Source of the DNA: the human T2T-CHM13v2.0 reference genome, Homo sapiens
NCBI RefSeq assembly: GCF_009914755.1
Contig: NC_060938.1
DNA: 64,000 bases
Direction: 5' to 3' (one strand)
Shown here: in pieces, positions 1-14,000 of the stretch
How positions within the stretch are numbered: the stretch's first letter is position 1
Layout: every line of letters starts with the position of its first letter
Position numbers and translations under genes: made by a program
Notes under the pieces: model-generated
What the model was told of the DNA's origin: nothing
The model's database searches: none
The model's input: the letters and a program-made list of their open reading frames with translations, nothing else

Positions 1-329
1 AAGCCCCTTGAGCAAAAGAAAGCCTTAATCATTTACTTTGCAGATAACAACGACTTTTAACTGATGTTTGCGTGTGGAGATTTTTATTTGCTGCAACCTG
101 CTGAAGGAGAAAGCAAATTTAAACTCCTTGAGGCAGCAATTATTTCTTACAGTACATCCCCATAATTTTATTACAGGGAAGATGATGGAATAAGTATGCA
201 TGAGATGTAAATGGAAACTCAGCTGTTATTTCATCACCTTGAAAGCCATTCACAGTCGCCCACTGCCATCTCTAGACTCATGGCTTAAATACAAGTTTCT
301 GAAGTGATTTTTGTGAAACAGCAATAGCA

Positions 330-1316
330 TGCTGTTTCATTTTCTATTGCTGCATAACAAACCATCCCAAAATTTAGCAATGTAAAACAATCATTATATG
401 ATGCTGATAGATGCTGTCAGTCAGAAATTTGGGCAGGGCCCAGAAGTAATGGTTTGTCTATGCTCTACAAAGCCTGGGGACAGAGCTGGAAAGGCTCAAA
501 GAATGAGGGTAACAACAACAGCTTGGGGCTGGAATCACTCTGGGGCGTCTTCATTCACATGTCTGGCAGCTAATGCCTGCTGTCATATGGTACCTCACCA
601 GGGCTGCTAGCTATAAAAGTAGACACAATCTGTCTGCGGGTTTTTCTCCACGTGGGCTAGTTTGTGCATCGCCACAGCGTGGTCGCTAGATTCCAAGCAC
701 ATGAGTTCTGAAAGAACAAGATGACAGTATTCAACATTTGGAATTTATACAGCTTCACTTCCACCATATTTTATTGGTCGGAGGAGTCAAAAAACCCCAC
801 CCAGTTCCAAATTCCAAGGAGAGAAATTACAGGTTTTACTCCTTGATGGAAGAAGAGGAAGCTTCAAGAAAAAATGTGTGGCATAAAAAATATTATTCTA
901 GTGTATTAGCTTGTTCTCACATTGCTATAAAGTACTCGAGACTAGGTAATTTATAAAGAAAAAAGAAGTTTTAATTGATTCACAGTTCCGGAGGCCGTAC
1001 AGGAACATGGCTGGGGAGGCCTCAGGAAAGTCACAATCATGGTGGAAGTCAAAGAGGAAGGAATCATGTCTTACATGGCCAGAGAAGGAGGAAGAGAGCA
1101 AAGGGGGAGGTACTACACACTTTTAAACAACCAGATCTCATGAGAAGTCACTTACTGTAAGGAGAAGAGCAAGGGGGAAATTCACCCCCTTGATCCAATC
1201 ACCTCCCTCCGTGCCCCTTCTCCAACACTGGGGATTACAATTCTACTTGAGATTTGGGCAGGAACACAAATCCAACACATATTATGTGGCTATCTTTAGA
1301 AAATGCACTCTGCCAC
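330..1316 (-). mobile_element. MLT1-family (old MaLR) solo LTR, split by an MST LTR at 902-1283
   Basis: Begins with 'ttttctattgctgcataacaaaccatcccaaaatttagc', contains the MLT1 motif 'ggggctggaatcactctggggcgtcttcattcacatgtctgg', and ends '...ctctgccaca' after the MST insert. Confidence 0.7.
902..1283 (-). mobile_element. MSTA/MSTB MaLR solo LTR
   Basis: 'tgtattagcttgttctcacattgctataaag...acttttaaacaaccagatctcatgaga...caacacatatta' is the reverse complement of the MST LTR. Confidence 0.88.
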
Positions 1317-1699
1317 ACGTTAAAATAATAAAAACAAAGAAAACAAGTGACAACAATAATTTCAGTTCTGCTTCTGAAAATATTTGGTATATTTTTTGAG
1401 AAGTATACAAAACTTCATATTATAGGGTTGTTGCAATGAAATTACATCATCATTGACCAGTTTCATGAGGGGGATTATAAAAATAAGTACAAGTAAAATT
1501 AAATAGAAATATAGAATTTAAATTATAATTCAAGGCCTCCATAGAAGAGGTTATAGACATAATTATCTTAAAGTTGAAAGGGACTCTTAACCTTAAAAAA
1601 TCCGTCATTTCATTTCATAGAATTCCTTTAACAATCTCCAATGACAAAAAATTTACTACCTCCTAGAACAGTCCATCCCATCAAGAGCAATACTGGGTA

Positions 1700-2100
1700 G
1701 CTGTCACATGCCAGTGTAGGGGTAATAATAAGAGGCTTGTAGAAAAGATTTAATGTAGATTTATCTTTCAGAATGAATAGAATTTAGATAATTGAAAAGG
1801 AGAGAAAGATCATTAGCAGGGGAATTCTAAAGTGGACATACAAATTTAAGAAGTAAAAGAGCTATTTGGGTACAAGGAGAAGTTAATTGTTTAATTGTAA
1901 TAGAAACATTTTGAGAAAAACCTGGAAGATAAGGCAACAAGTTGAGATCTAACTGGGGAAGACTTAATGCACTTTGTATTCTGTCCGATAAATAAGTTTC
2001 TGTAGTTTTTGAGCATCAGAGTAATAAAATTAAGATAATTTTAGGAAGACTAATCTGAGAGTAGGGATTAAAGTGAAACGAAGTGGAGGCAGGAAGACCT
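1700..2100 (-). mobile_element. L2 LINE relic
   Basis: Degenerate L2-like purine-rich text, e.g. 'tttttgagcatcagagtaataaaattaagataattttaggaagactaatctg...ggaggcaggaagacc'. Confidence 0.5.
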
Positions 2101-2469
2101 CCTACGTTTATCCAGGTATGCAGTGTAAAAAACCACACAGAGCCAGACATGACACTGATACAGCAAGTCACCATTTTCCACATTTCATCCTACTGCAGAC
2201 TGCATACAAATTTATAATCTCCCAGCCATCCTCTTCTTTCAAGCATATTACTATTCTTAGATATTAAAACTCAGCAGTAAAGTGTTGGTAAAGTTTGGCC
2301 TGAACACAATATTTTAACTTAGGAAGTACTGTGACATCCTTTCAAATCAAATTTCCTCTTGGTCTTGAGTCAAGAAATATGGAAATTAACCCAGAAATTC
2401 CACTTCTAGGTATATATGCCAGGGAAACTCTCACATATGAACACAAGATGTGGATAAGAATGTTGGCGT

Positions 2470-2760
2470 GGCTGGGCGCTGTGGCTTACGCCTGTAATCC
2501 CAGCACTTTGGGAGGCTGAGGCAGGTGGATCACCTGAGGTTGGGAGTTCAAGACCAGCCTGACCAACATGAAGAAATCCCTGTCTCTACTAAAAATACAA
2601 AATTAGCCGAGCGTGGTGGCACATGCCTGTAATCCCAGCTACTTGGGAGGCTGAGTAAGAGAATTGCTTGAGCCAGGAGGCAGAGGTTGCAGTGAGCTGA
2701 GATCACACCATTGCACTCCAGCCTGAGCAACATGAGCAAAACTCTGTCTCAAAAAAAAAA
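2470..2760 (+). mobile_element. Alu, AluSp-like
   Basis: Full dimer with poly(A) and AluSp-type positions: 'cctgaccaacatg..gaaa', 'aatacaaaattagcc', 'cacatgcc'. Confidence 0.93.
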
Positions 2761-2775
2761 GAGAATGCTTGTGAC

Positions 2776-3075
2776 GGCCAGGTGTGGTGGCTCACACCTG
2801 TAATCCCAGCACTTTGGGAGGCCAAGGCAGGTGGATCACCTGATGTCAAGAGTTCTCCTGGTCAACATGGTGAAACTCCATCTCTACTAAATATACAAAA
2901 AAAATTAGCTGGGTGTGGTGGTGTGGGCCTGTAGTCCCAGCTACTTGGGGAGGTTGAGGTAGGAGAATCTCTTGAACCTAGGAGGCAGAGGTTGCAGTTA
3001 GCTAAGATTGCACCACTGCACTCCAGCCTGGGCTACAGAGGGACACTCTATCTCAAGAAAAGAAAAAAGAAGAAA
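2776..3075 (+). mobile_element. Alu, AluS (Sx/Sz-like)
   Basis: Full dimer with an A/G-rich tail, 15 bp downstream of the previous Alu. Confidence 0.93.
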
Positions 3076-4247
3076 AGAATGTTTGTGGCAACAACTTTGT
3101 AATTTTGAAAAAGTGGAAACAGCATAAATGCCCATCAACAGGAGAATGGATAAACTGTGGTATATGTATACAATTGAATACTATACAGTTATAGAAGGAA
3201 CAAACAGGATCTACATAATTCAACATAGGTGAACCTCATAAACAAAACACTGATTAAAAATTGTATTGCAAGTGGACAAAGCAGTATGATAATATTTGTA
3301 GCAAATTTTCAAACATACAATGAAATACTATATAGCACTTAAGGATGAATATATGTACTAAAAATATAAAGAAATGCACAGGAACACCAAATACCAAATG
3401 TATGACAGAGATTACTCAGGAAGCAAGGATAGACATGTGGAAGTAATGACTGTGATTGGGGAAAGAAACACAGTGGAATTCAACTGCTCTGTGATCCTAC
3501 TTTATTTCTGAAACTGAGTATTAAATATATTGTTTTGTTTTAGAATTCTTTATACATTTTATAAGTCTGAAATATTGCATGTGGATTTTTTTAAAGAGAT
3601 GTGTAAATCACACCCTGCCAATTTCCCAAACCATATTCAAGCAGGGCAACTCTTCATCCCTTTGCAAGCCATATGGCAAAACTGGAGGGATTACAAAATC
3701 TCTGCAGAGATGGAGCTTGCAATGGCTCCATGGTGATAATGTCATTTAGAACCAAAGGTCTGGAGCTGAGGAATCAATCAGGATGAGGGCAGGCAAAAAA
3801 GAACAGGACATTTTTCCCACCCTTGGCAATATGAACTGAGGCCAAGTAGGGGAGCAGTAGTGTTGTTGCTCCACCAAACAACTATGACTGTCCTCAGCTG
3901 TCCAGTGAACAGCAGGCTTGTCCTGTCTCATTTGCAGCATGTCTTGGGTGCTCAAATACAGACTGGGAGGATTGAGTTCAGTTCTTGGTATTTAAAAGGA
4001 CTCCTAAAAGCAATAATAGACAAAGACTTTCATCCTCACTCCCACCAACTCCTCCCAATCAGAATTAGAAAAAAAAAAAAACACAGATCTGACTCCCTGC
4101 TTAAACCCTCTTTTATATTCCCATTAGTTTACAATCGAGGCCAAATTCCATAGACTAGCATTCATGCTATATAAGGAGGCCCTACTACTATGACCTTTAC
4201 TACTTCTCCCTTCCCGCACCCCAGACACACTAGACTATTGACAATGC

Positions 4248-5365
4248 CATGCACCATTTGAAAACAGGAATCGTAAGTCTTTTGGCTTCTTTTTCCAGAT
4301 TGCTTTAGCCATTCTGCATTTCCATATGAATTTTAGAATCAGCTTGTTAATATGCAAACAAGGCAGTGATATTTTGATAGAAATTACATTTGCTCTGTAG
4401 GTCAACTTGGAGAGTATTGACATCTTAAAAATATTGTCTTCCAATCCACCAACATGGGATGTCTCCATTTATTTAGCTCTTCTTTTATTTTTTCAATGAT
4501 ATTTTATTGTTTTCTGTGTATCAGTTGAGGTTCTTTTGTTAAACATATTTACTTAATATTTTATTTTTGACACTACTGTAAATGAAATATTTATTAATTT
4601 TATTATATTATTTCTAGTGTATAGAAATACAACTGATTGTTTATATTAATCTTGTATCCTAAAATCTTGCTGAATTAATTAGTTCTATTATTTGTGTGTG
4701 TGTGTGCATGTTCCTTAGGATTTTTTACATACAAGATCATGTCATCTGCCAATAGTTTTACTTCTTTCCAGTCTAGATGCCAATTATTTCTAATGATATT
4801 TAAATAATAAAAAACAATATTTATATGTACTCATAATAGTGACCAATTCTTATGCTCTTCCATAGTTTTGTAGATCCATATTTTGATCCATCATTTCCTT
4901 CTGCCTGAAGGACTTCCTTTAACATTTTTTTTTGTAGTGCAGATCTTGCTGATGATCAATTCTTTCAGTTTTTGTACGTCTTAGTCTATTTAGTCTATTT
5001 CACCTTCATTTTTGAAATATCTTTTCACTCGCTATAGAATTCTAGGTTAGTAGCTTTCTTCTTTCAGTATCATAAAGACATTGCCCAATTACTTCTTGAT
5101 TGCATTGTTTCCAAAGGAAATCTGCTGTCATCCTTATCTATGTTTCTCTGTATGTAAGGTGTTTTTCCCCCCTCTGGCTATGTTTAACATTTTCTTGTTA
5201 TCACTAGTATTGAGCAATTAATTTATAATATGCCTTGATAAAGTTTTCTTTATGTTGTTGTGTTTGGGATTGTTTGAGCTCCTTAGATCGGAGGGGTTTT
5301 AGTGTTTTAGTTTTCATCAAATTTGGGAAAGTTTTGGTCATTTTTTCTTCAAATGTTTTTAGTCC
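4248..5365 (-). mobile_element. Old L1M fragments (ORF2 RT/C region ~4248-4800; ORF1 region ~4800-5365)
   Basis: ORF 4235..4468(-) 'KMSILSKLTYRANVISIKI..KLILKFIWK' is L1 ORF2-like; ORF 5204..5428(-) 'FEEKMTKTFPNLMK' is L1 ORF1-like. Confidence 0.8.
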
Positions 5366-6693
5366 ACTTTTCTTAAAATAAGGTACAGTTATTTGATCTG
5401 AATCACCTAACAGACAGAAGATTGGCAAAAGACTCTACTTATCTAGAACCTACTCCAGATGCTACACCTAAATGAGCCATGTGATTGTGTAAGTCATATA
5501 ACTTCTTTAAACTTCAGGGGTTTTTTCACTTCTAAAATGATGTGTCTAGCTAACATTAATGAGCCTTACACCTCTTACATTAAAACCACCATGGGTTATG
5601 TTTTGAAACTCCTGAAACAGCAACATAGCAGTGGGGATAGGAATAAAGTCACTTTTTTGAAAAAGTGATGAAAGTTTGGAATAATCCCCGTGGAGAAAGG
5701 GAGAGCGAGCTGACAAGGGATATGTAAAAGATACACTTGAGTTGCTTAGGAACCAGCTGAGAATAAGATTCATGGGTATCCACTTTATGAAGATGTAGCT
5801 TTTCTCCAATTGCTCTCAGAAAATACTTAACTTATATGTTATGTCTACTATGTTCCAGTGGCTGGAGAGCCAATATTAGTTGAGAGAATGAACCAATGAA
5901 GAAAAGATCATCAGATGAGAATGAAGGCTTGTACTAATTACCTCTAAAGTTTCTTTCAACCACAGAGTCTGCATTCTTGTGGAGCAAAAGAACAGATGTG
6001 CAAGGGTTATGAGAACAGAGAATAACGAGAAATTGATTTTACATCAGAAGAATCAAGGCGGCTTGATGAAGACAGGAGCTGAGGCTTGATGTGTGCATGC
6101 CATTTGATGGATTAGTCTTACTGTGTATATCACAATCAACAATCAAAAAATAATCCCAGAAGCTTGGTACTCAACTCCAGAAACCTGAAGACTTATGTGA
6201 AGGTATTATCTTTACTGTAGGTTTTCTTAAATTGCTGGAGCTGAAGGTTTCACATAATTCTTCAAGCATAACTTTCTGGAACTCCTGTTTAGACACATAA
6301 ATTTCTCTTCTAAATCTTCCATTCACAGTAACTACAAAAAAAAACTCTCCATCTTGCCTCAGTACACTCCTCTCTCCATGCCATCATTCTCTAGCCCTGC
6401 CTTCTCACACAGTTCCAGACAGCAATGGCTAGCACAGCTTCCACTCCCACCCTCCAGATGAGCAGACCCTGCCTGGTCCTCCCTTTCCCCATGCAAGGGA
6501 ATTGCACAGAGCTCTCTAGGAAGTGTGAGTCATTTCTCACTCTGATCATTTTTCTCTGAAATATTCTTGTGAATAATTCTGCTGAAAAAAACTCCTCTCC
6601 TTTGCAATGTAGTAAAAATACTTGAAGGGTCAAATAAATGCACTAGCTTAAAAATTAAATTAAATATATAGATTGTTAAAAGTATACCTAATC

Positions 6694-7110
<417 letters not shown>

Positions 7111-7622
7111 TCAGCAGATAGATTGCCTACTATTCTAAATATGATGTCCGTGTTTTATACCACATCATCATAGGCATTAAGTATCACCCTTTTTCTTTCT
7201 CCTTAAACATTTGTGTGTATAGCAGACTTCTCTGAACATTTGAAAATAAGAAAGGAGATACATCACAGATAATTTAACATTTAATATGCAGCTTCAGTGT
7301 TCTTAAAAGTCCCTTGGCTATTTCTAACAACTCAACACAGATCTCTTTAGAAGGCAGGAGGAGTACCCCAAAGTGAAAAGTGATTGGAAGAGGAAAGATT
7401 TTAAAGAGTCATGGATATATAGTCATTAGACTGGAAAACCCTAATGGCTATGAGTCTTTTAAGAAAGAAGCAAGATGCAAGAAAACAAGAAGCAAGATGA
7501 AAATTGACCTTACACTGAAGATCTTCAACCAAATTAACTGCTTGTCCTGTTTTATCTTATAACATTCAAAATGTTCAGAGAAAAATATAATGGGGACTTG
7601 CGGATAATTCTTTGAACTGTAA

Positions 7623-8481
7623 TGTGATATTGTGAAATACATGTTTGGTCTTTGACCCCATTTCCTTCTATATGACTCCTAAATTTCTTAGAATCTCCAA
7701 AGTGATGTCTGTTTGCTTGCTAACAATTGACTGATGGGTGGCAACCCCTAGGTAGCTTCAAGATTGTAACTTCTAGGGCTGGTCACCACAAATACCAAGG
7801 CAGGATTCGAAGGTTGGGACTTTCAGCCCCACCCTTCCCAACATCCAAGCAGCAGAGAGGGGCTGAAGGTTAAGTTGATCACCAATGTCTAATGATTTAA
7901 TCAATCATGCCTACATAATGAAGCTTCCATAAAAACCTAAAATGACTGGGTTCAAGAGCTTCCAGATAGCCAAACACATGGAGGTTCCTGGAGGGTGGCA
8001 TGCCCAGGGAAGCCTGGGAAGCTCCATTCTTCTTCCCCCATACCTTGCACTATAGATCTCTTCATCTGTATTCTTTGTGGTATCCTTTATAATAAACCAG
8101 TAAATCTAAGTAAGTTTCCCTGGGTTCTGTGAGCAGCTTTAGTAAATTAATCAAACCCAGAGCAGGGGCCATAGGAGCTGCAGCTTGGAGCTCGTCAGTT
8201 AGAAGTTCCAGAGTTCTAGACTTGGGACTGGTGTCTCAGGAGGCAGTCTTGGAGACTGAGTCCTCAACCTGTGGTATCTGACACCATCTCTAGGTAGACA
8301 GTGTTGGAACTGAATTACAGGACACCCCCCTGGTGACTGCTGCAGAACTGATTGTTTGCTTGATGTGTGGGAATAACACCCCACACACATTTGGTCATGA
8401 AAGTGTTCTGTGATGACTGGAGTTGTGTTGAGGGAGAGAAGAGGAAAAAGCACTCTGAGTGAGTGTGATTCTCCACTCACA
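7623..8481 (+). mobile_element. MER21-family solo LTR
   Basis: TG...CA ends ('tgtgatattgtgaaatacatgtttggtc' ... 'ctccactcaca'), the MER21 motif 'ttgatcaccaatg..aatgatttaatcaatcatgcctacataatgaag', and an AATAAA at ~8091. Confidence 0.82.
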
Positions 8482-8784
8482 ATTCCGTATGTCTAAATCC
8501 ATTGTTTTCAGTAGAATTTCAGTGTGAAATTTGTCATCAGCTTTCACACTGCTTTAGGAAACATAATGCAAAAGCAGAGAAATAGAAAGTACCTCAAAAA
8601 TGTGCACTAAATTTCAAAGTCACTTAGATTTTAATACATTTCTGTCTAGTTTTTACTAGAAGAGATATATCAGTCTAGTTTTCACTAGTTTTATTTTCCT
8701 TCCAATCTCTCTGAATAAGTATTTCCACATACATAGACTTATATCTGATATTGTTATGTTGTATTATAAGTGTATAGATCAATT

Positions 8785-8925
8785 GCTATTTCAAATAATC
8801 CTCATAAGACCCATGGAGCTAAAGAAGAAAGGAGAGTGGTGGTTCCTATGTTGCGATTAGGGAAACTAAAGCAGAGAGGGGTTAAATGCCGTCCTTACCA
8901 CAAGGTCACAGAGAGAATGTGTGCC
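8785..8925 (-). mobile_element. MIR SINE fragment
   Basis: MIR core 'gggaaactaaagcagagaggggttaaatg...caaggtcacag'. Confidence 0.6.
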
Positions 8926-10324
8926 ATGGTGGGAGAAGGAAGGGGCCGTTCCTTCATCGCATACTGTTTTATATGTTAACCATCATGCGCATACTAAGTC
9001 AATGGATGCTGGCACTTTACATAAATATATGATGATGCAGTGCTATATGCAATAAAATCTGAGGCAAGAAATGTGGAAGCAATTCAAGAAAACAGATCTC
9101 ACATTTTTGCCTTTGTCAGAGTCAGAATCTGACATGCTCTGATTAAAATTCAACATCTGCAGGCATTTAAAATTAAAATATACAGGTATTCATGTTTTCC
9201 TCCTTCCACAATGTTTTATTGCTGCTTTTTTCATCTTTAATATTAAAAACATTACATTATTTTATTTCATATGTCAAATTCCTTGTCTCTGTATATTACA
9301 TGTTGCCCTTTTACCCCTGAGCTCTGGTTCAAATCCAGCTCTTAGCTGAGGAAATAAAAAACATCTGAAAATATTTAGTAGACTCATCTCAAGGACTAAT
9401 GGACTACGGTTTACATTAACTTGACAAACACAACAAACAAACAGATTTTCCACAAATTAAAAATGTTTACATGAAAACATTCAGGAACGAAGAGTATGTA
9501 AGGACCTCTCAGACAGATCTGAGGCTGTGCTTTTATTTCACAGAGAATTTGCAACAAAATTGAGAAAATCTGGGCTTCACCTGTCCCACCCAAAGCAGGT
9601 GAAAAGTGAGGGACCTGGATTGTAGAAATCCTCCTCTGCCATTTTGTGGTGTGGAAGACTGAAGTTTGGAAGGGCTCAGTGGACGGGAAGATAAGAGAAA
9701 GCAGCCGTAAAATAAATCGTCAGCTGTATCACATTACTTTTTTGTTCATGAGAAAATTATTTATTGAGGCATGCACTGCATTAAAACACTTTGCCAGGTA
9801 CTATTTCATTGGCGCCTTCCAGTAAGTCAGAAAAGTAAAAGTCAACCTGGTTTAAAGACAAATCAAAGAAAAAGCCTGTTCAATGCTCTTGAACTTTTGT
9901 AAACATGTTCATATCCATCCATGATTTAAAAACAAGGAGACAATAGGCCATTTAATGTTAAATCTGCCACCTTCCCCAGGAGTTGGTAATCAAGTGCCTT
10001 CAATGGCAAGGGGATGAATGAGTAGGCAGTGATGAGTTGTGGAAGACAGAAGAGGATATGCCCAGTATAAAGGCATTTTGATTTTTAAAAATTGTAAATG
10101 CTGTGTAATTCAAAGAAAATATATGTGCAGGTCACCAGTGTAGAATCCCTGCCCTACAGCTGCTCTCGAAGTCCATTTGACCCCAACATCACCCTTTCAA
10201 AGGGTCCAGTCTCTGTCTCTTCCCCTACCCCGTCTCCTCCCTCTCCTGTAGCCTCTTCTTCAGGAAGCATCTGGTCTAAACAATTGCAACTACAAATAAA
10301 AGAGGTAACCCAAATCTCAAGTAG

Positions 10325-10500
10325 AAATGCAGGGTACACCAAAGTCCCTTGGGGAATCTTAAAATGCATATTCCCAGGCCTCACTCCCAGAGAGTCTAAT
10401 ACTGAATATTTAGCACAGGGCCTGAGAATATGCATTTTAAAGGCTTGTTTGATGATGCTGATGCAGGTAGCTCAAGGACCACACTCTGGGGGAAACTTTA
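10325..10500. mobile_element. MER5A hAT-Charlie MITE
   Basis: 'aaaatgcatattcccaggcctcactcccagagagtct...gggcctgagaatatgcattttaa...gatgctgatgcag..ggaccacact'. Confidence 0.75.
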
Positions 10501-13289
10501 TGCTGTGCTGTGGAACTGACTATCTGTTCTCAATAGATGTATCAAGGTGATGGGGAGAGACCAACACAGTGCAAACACTCGTCCCCCATCATTGCTGCCT
10601 TTCCTCTGCCTTTAGGGCCTGCAATCTAACAAGGTTTCATCAAGGACCAGAATTCTAATTGACAGAGGATCTGGTATGGCTGGAGAGAAAACAGCATTTC
10701 AGGTGAGGCAGAGCAGTAACAAATGGTAACAAGCTACATTCCAGCTTAAGTTTCTCTGAGCTGACAACTCACACCCTCCATCAAATCCACTCTTACCAGC
10801 ACATTCTAGAGTTAAATGACTCCACTGGCAGAAAGTCCTGCCTCCCAGCTCACCTGCATAGTGCATACTTGAAATTTGGAGCCGTTTTTTGTTGTTTTTA
10901 ATTCTGCACTCAACAGCAACAGGGACATCAAACACCATCCTCAGATAGTTGAGAACCATTTATGCAGTGTTAAGTAACACACTCAGAAAGGCCATGGTAA
11001 GGGAAATGCTAAGTTCAAGTATGCTCTGAATCAAGATTTTGCATGAATTCTTCCATGGTTTGAATTCCTATTTATAATAACAGTTTGGAAGGTCTTCCAT
11101 AGGTCCTTTCAGCTTTCAGTAGTACAACTTGGAAATAGTTTATTCTCTCATAACTCATATGGGAAGTGTCTGCCAAGCCTCAAACAGTCTTTTTTTTTCC
11201 CTGACAAATACTTCAAGACAGGGCTGCACTCAAGCATTCAAATTTGGTAGCATTAACTCTAGTAACATAACTCTGACAGTCCACTTAAGGAGGGGAGAAA
11301 AATCATAAAACCCTTCTGCTTCACTTAATTTAATGTTTGACAAGTCCCTTAAAGAATAACTGGGATATTCTCACCAAATGCTTTAAGTCCTGTTTTTACC
11401 ACATCTGTCCCTGGAGTTTGTTCATGGACATCTTATGATATAATAAATCCTTCTTTCCTGACACCCAGCCCCCAAACAAGGAATGTGTTAGACAGACGGT
11501 ATTAATCACTGGGTGGCAATCTGATTTCGAGGCAGATATCGTGTGACAGGAGAATGGCATGCTTCATTTTGCATTGTCCTCACCACAAGATGCCTTTTAG
11601 TCAAAGCTGGTCAGGTGAGAACAAATATTTTTCTCTATTTAAGAATTTAATGGGATCAGCCCAAATTCAGTTCATGAACTCAACTTAGTCACATGTGATT
11701 GTGGCTAGACATCAAATCCAGCAACAGAGGCTGGATTTCTGTAGTGGAGAATAAAATGGGGATAATTGTGGTGTTTTTTTCCCTGTGGTCTTCTATGTAT
11801 CCTGGTAGGCATTCCAAAATTGGAAAATTGGTATTTTTCTGATGTTGGACATTGCTATTTGAGTCAGTCACATTATGCAGATGCATTTCAGACTTTCTGT
11901 AGAGAGTTTTGTTGTTAGAAAAACTATCCTACTAAGTAGGATCAAAGGCACTTTCTCTTGCAGAGTAGTTTTCAAGGAGAAGATAAAAGCAATTTTTATT
12001 GGTAAAAGCTAACTCACATTTAGTTAACCAACAAGCCAACTGGAAATCATTTATTGAGCCTCTCTTATTGCCATTATACTGTAACTCTATAACAGTATAA
12101 CAATACAATAGGACCAGTCCTTACTTTCCAGAACTACAAAATCTGGGTAAACAGACAAGACTTACTTAGGGTGAGGGAACAATTATAACTCCCATATTCA
12201 GCCCTGTGTATGCTTGGTCCATGATAGATATTTAATCATTTCTTACATATACAATAATTGACTGCTAAACTTTAAGGTACAAATAATAAATTCTGGTCAT
12301 CAGACAAGAGATAATGTGAGGTTTTCTCAAGCTTCTTTGACCATGGAACCCAGCTTTCAGGAAGCTCTTCAGGTAATCATGTTCCATAGAACTTGCTTTG
12401 GGAACTTTGGCTCAAATGCACATGGGAGAGGTGGAATTCCTACTATATGAATTCCAGGAAGAGGAGCAAAGAATTAAATGGATGGAAATGAGGGGAGAAT
12501 CGAGGCAGAGAGAATAACAAAAACATAAGGTGAGGACAAAATTAACCTGAAGCATGGGGAGGTAAAAAATTTTTACCTTTTATAATTGAAATCATTAGAG
12601 AATTAAGTGGCTTTTACAATATTCTATATTTCTAAATAGCATCTGTTTTAGCTGAAATAGTGAAAGCCTGAGGGAGGCAAACTTGTGACAGTACAATAAA
12701 CAATTGGTTTTGTATTCTTATGGAAAACTAGCAATCAGTGAAACCATGTTTAGGGTGCAGAGCACAGACCACCATGCCCAATAGTCTCATAGTTCTCTAT
12801 GTAAGCTTCTGTAGAAAACAGGGATAGGGGATGGGTGGGGGGACCTGAGGAGGAACATGGGGAAGAAGGGGAAAGTCTTATTTTTTGTACCTTTTTCTAA
12901 AGTAGGAGATGCCAATATGACATTTGTGACTCTAGATGTTTTTGTTTCTTCACTGATTTTTCTATATTTTATAATGGCCTTCTAAGGGCATTATCATTTC
13001 TTACCATCTCTTTTACTTTCTTTCTTTCTTTTTTTTTTTCCTGGCTGTTTCTTCTTCCAAATGAATCTTCAGGAAAATTCAGGTTTGCTACAGGATTTAG
13101 ACAACTTTTTCTGTTCTGTCTTGAATGTGCAATTAATCAGTTGTGTGTTGAGCGAATCTCCTAAATTTCTTTATTTCAGCTTCCTCTTTTGCAATAAAGG
13201 AGGTGAACTGGAAGATGGTCTCTAAAATCTTATCCTCCCTACTAAAAGAGCCATTTTTGATATTGAGACAACCCCTGTCAAACAAAGAA

Positions 13290-13740
13290 AATCCACACTC
13301 CACCTAAGCCCTGTCCCAGTGATCACTGCCACCTGGGGGCAGCCCTTTTGCTGTGTTTATGGCCTTTCCACAAAGTTCCATCACTACACTCAATCAGCCT
13401 ATATTCTTATGGTGTTTCTGCAGGTCTGTCTTTTCTACTACAATGTGAAGTGCTTGATTCAGGGGCCATATGTTTTTCATATTTTCTTACCTAGTCTTAC
13501 TCCAGGAGGCAACACTCCAATGCAATATGGCCTAGTGGTTAAGAACCTGGTGATTTCAGTCTTGGCTCAGCCACTTACATGTTGTATGGCCTTTGGAAAA
13601 TTGCTTATGCTCCCTTTGCCTCTGTTTCTTCACCTGTAAAGGGAGGATAAAAATAATAGCTTTTACTTTGTGATCCCATTTAACAAACACAGAGCACAAG
13701 GCACGGTGATTAAAAAAAAATAGCTTATTTTCAGTAACCA
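13290..13740 (+). mobile_element. L2 3' fragment followed by MIR
   Basis: L2-like 'ctactacaatgtgaagtgcttgattcagggg', then MIR 'ggcctagtggttaagaacc...ttggctcagccacttac...tgtttcttcacctgtaaa'. Confidence 0.6.
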
Positions 13741-13819
13741 ACACATACCAAATGACAAAATCTTTGAATAAAGGAATAAGTCTACCAAAAGGAAGTATGG
13801 GAATGGATTGGTGGATTGG

Positions 13820-14000
13820 TTTTATATTTATAAAACCAATGTTATTATATATATTTACACACATACACATATATATGTTTTCCCTGCAAATTTTATATAT
13901 AATATGTTAATGTGTATATATTATTTGTATATATTAATATATTTGTATGTCTATTGTTTATATATTAATATATGTGTGTGTATATATAAATATATATAAT
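13820..14000. repeat. (TA)n/(TG)n-rich low-complexity tract
   Basis: Degenerate alternating TA/TG/CA runs. Confidence 0.85.

Larger units (their letters stand above)
2385..3570 (+). mobile_element. Old L1M (L1ME/MC-like) 3' fragment interrupted by two Alus
   Basis: 'aacccagaaattccacttctaggtatatatgcc...aaatgcccatcaacaggagaatggataaactgtggtatatg' matches the L1 ORF2 end and 3'UTR. Confidence 0.75.

Noticed and set aside
5665-5760. C/D-box snoRNA-like GTGATGA...CTGA...CTGA
   Set aside because: No terminal stem, no C' box and no recognisable guide complementarity.
10098-10550. 150-codon ORF
   Set aside because: Runs through a pyrimidine-rich tract and a MER5A relic; no protein similarity recognised.
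11469-11614. + strand exon-like segment (cag|...CAG|GTGAGA)
   Set aside because: Stops in all frames and a modest acceptor; indistinguishable from a pseudo-exon.
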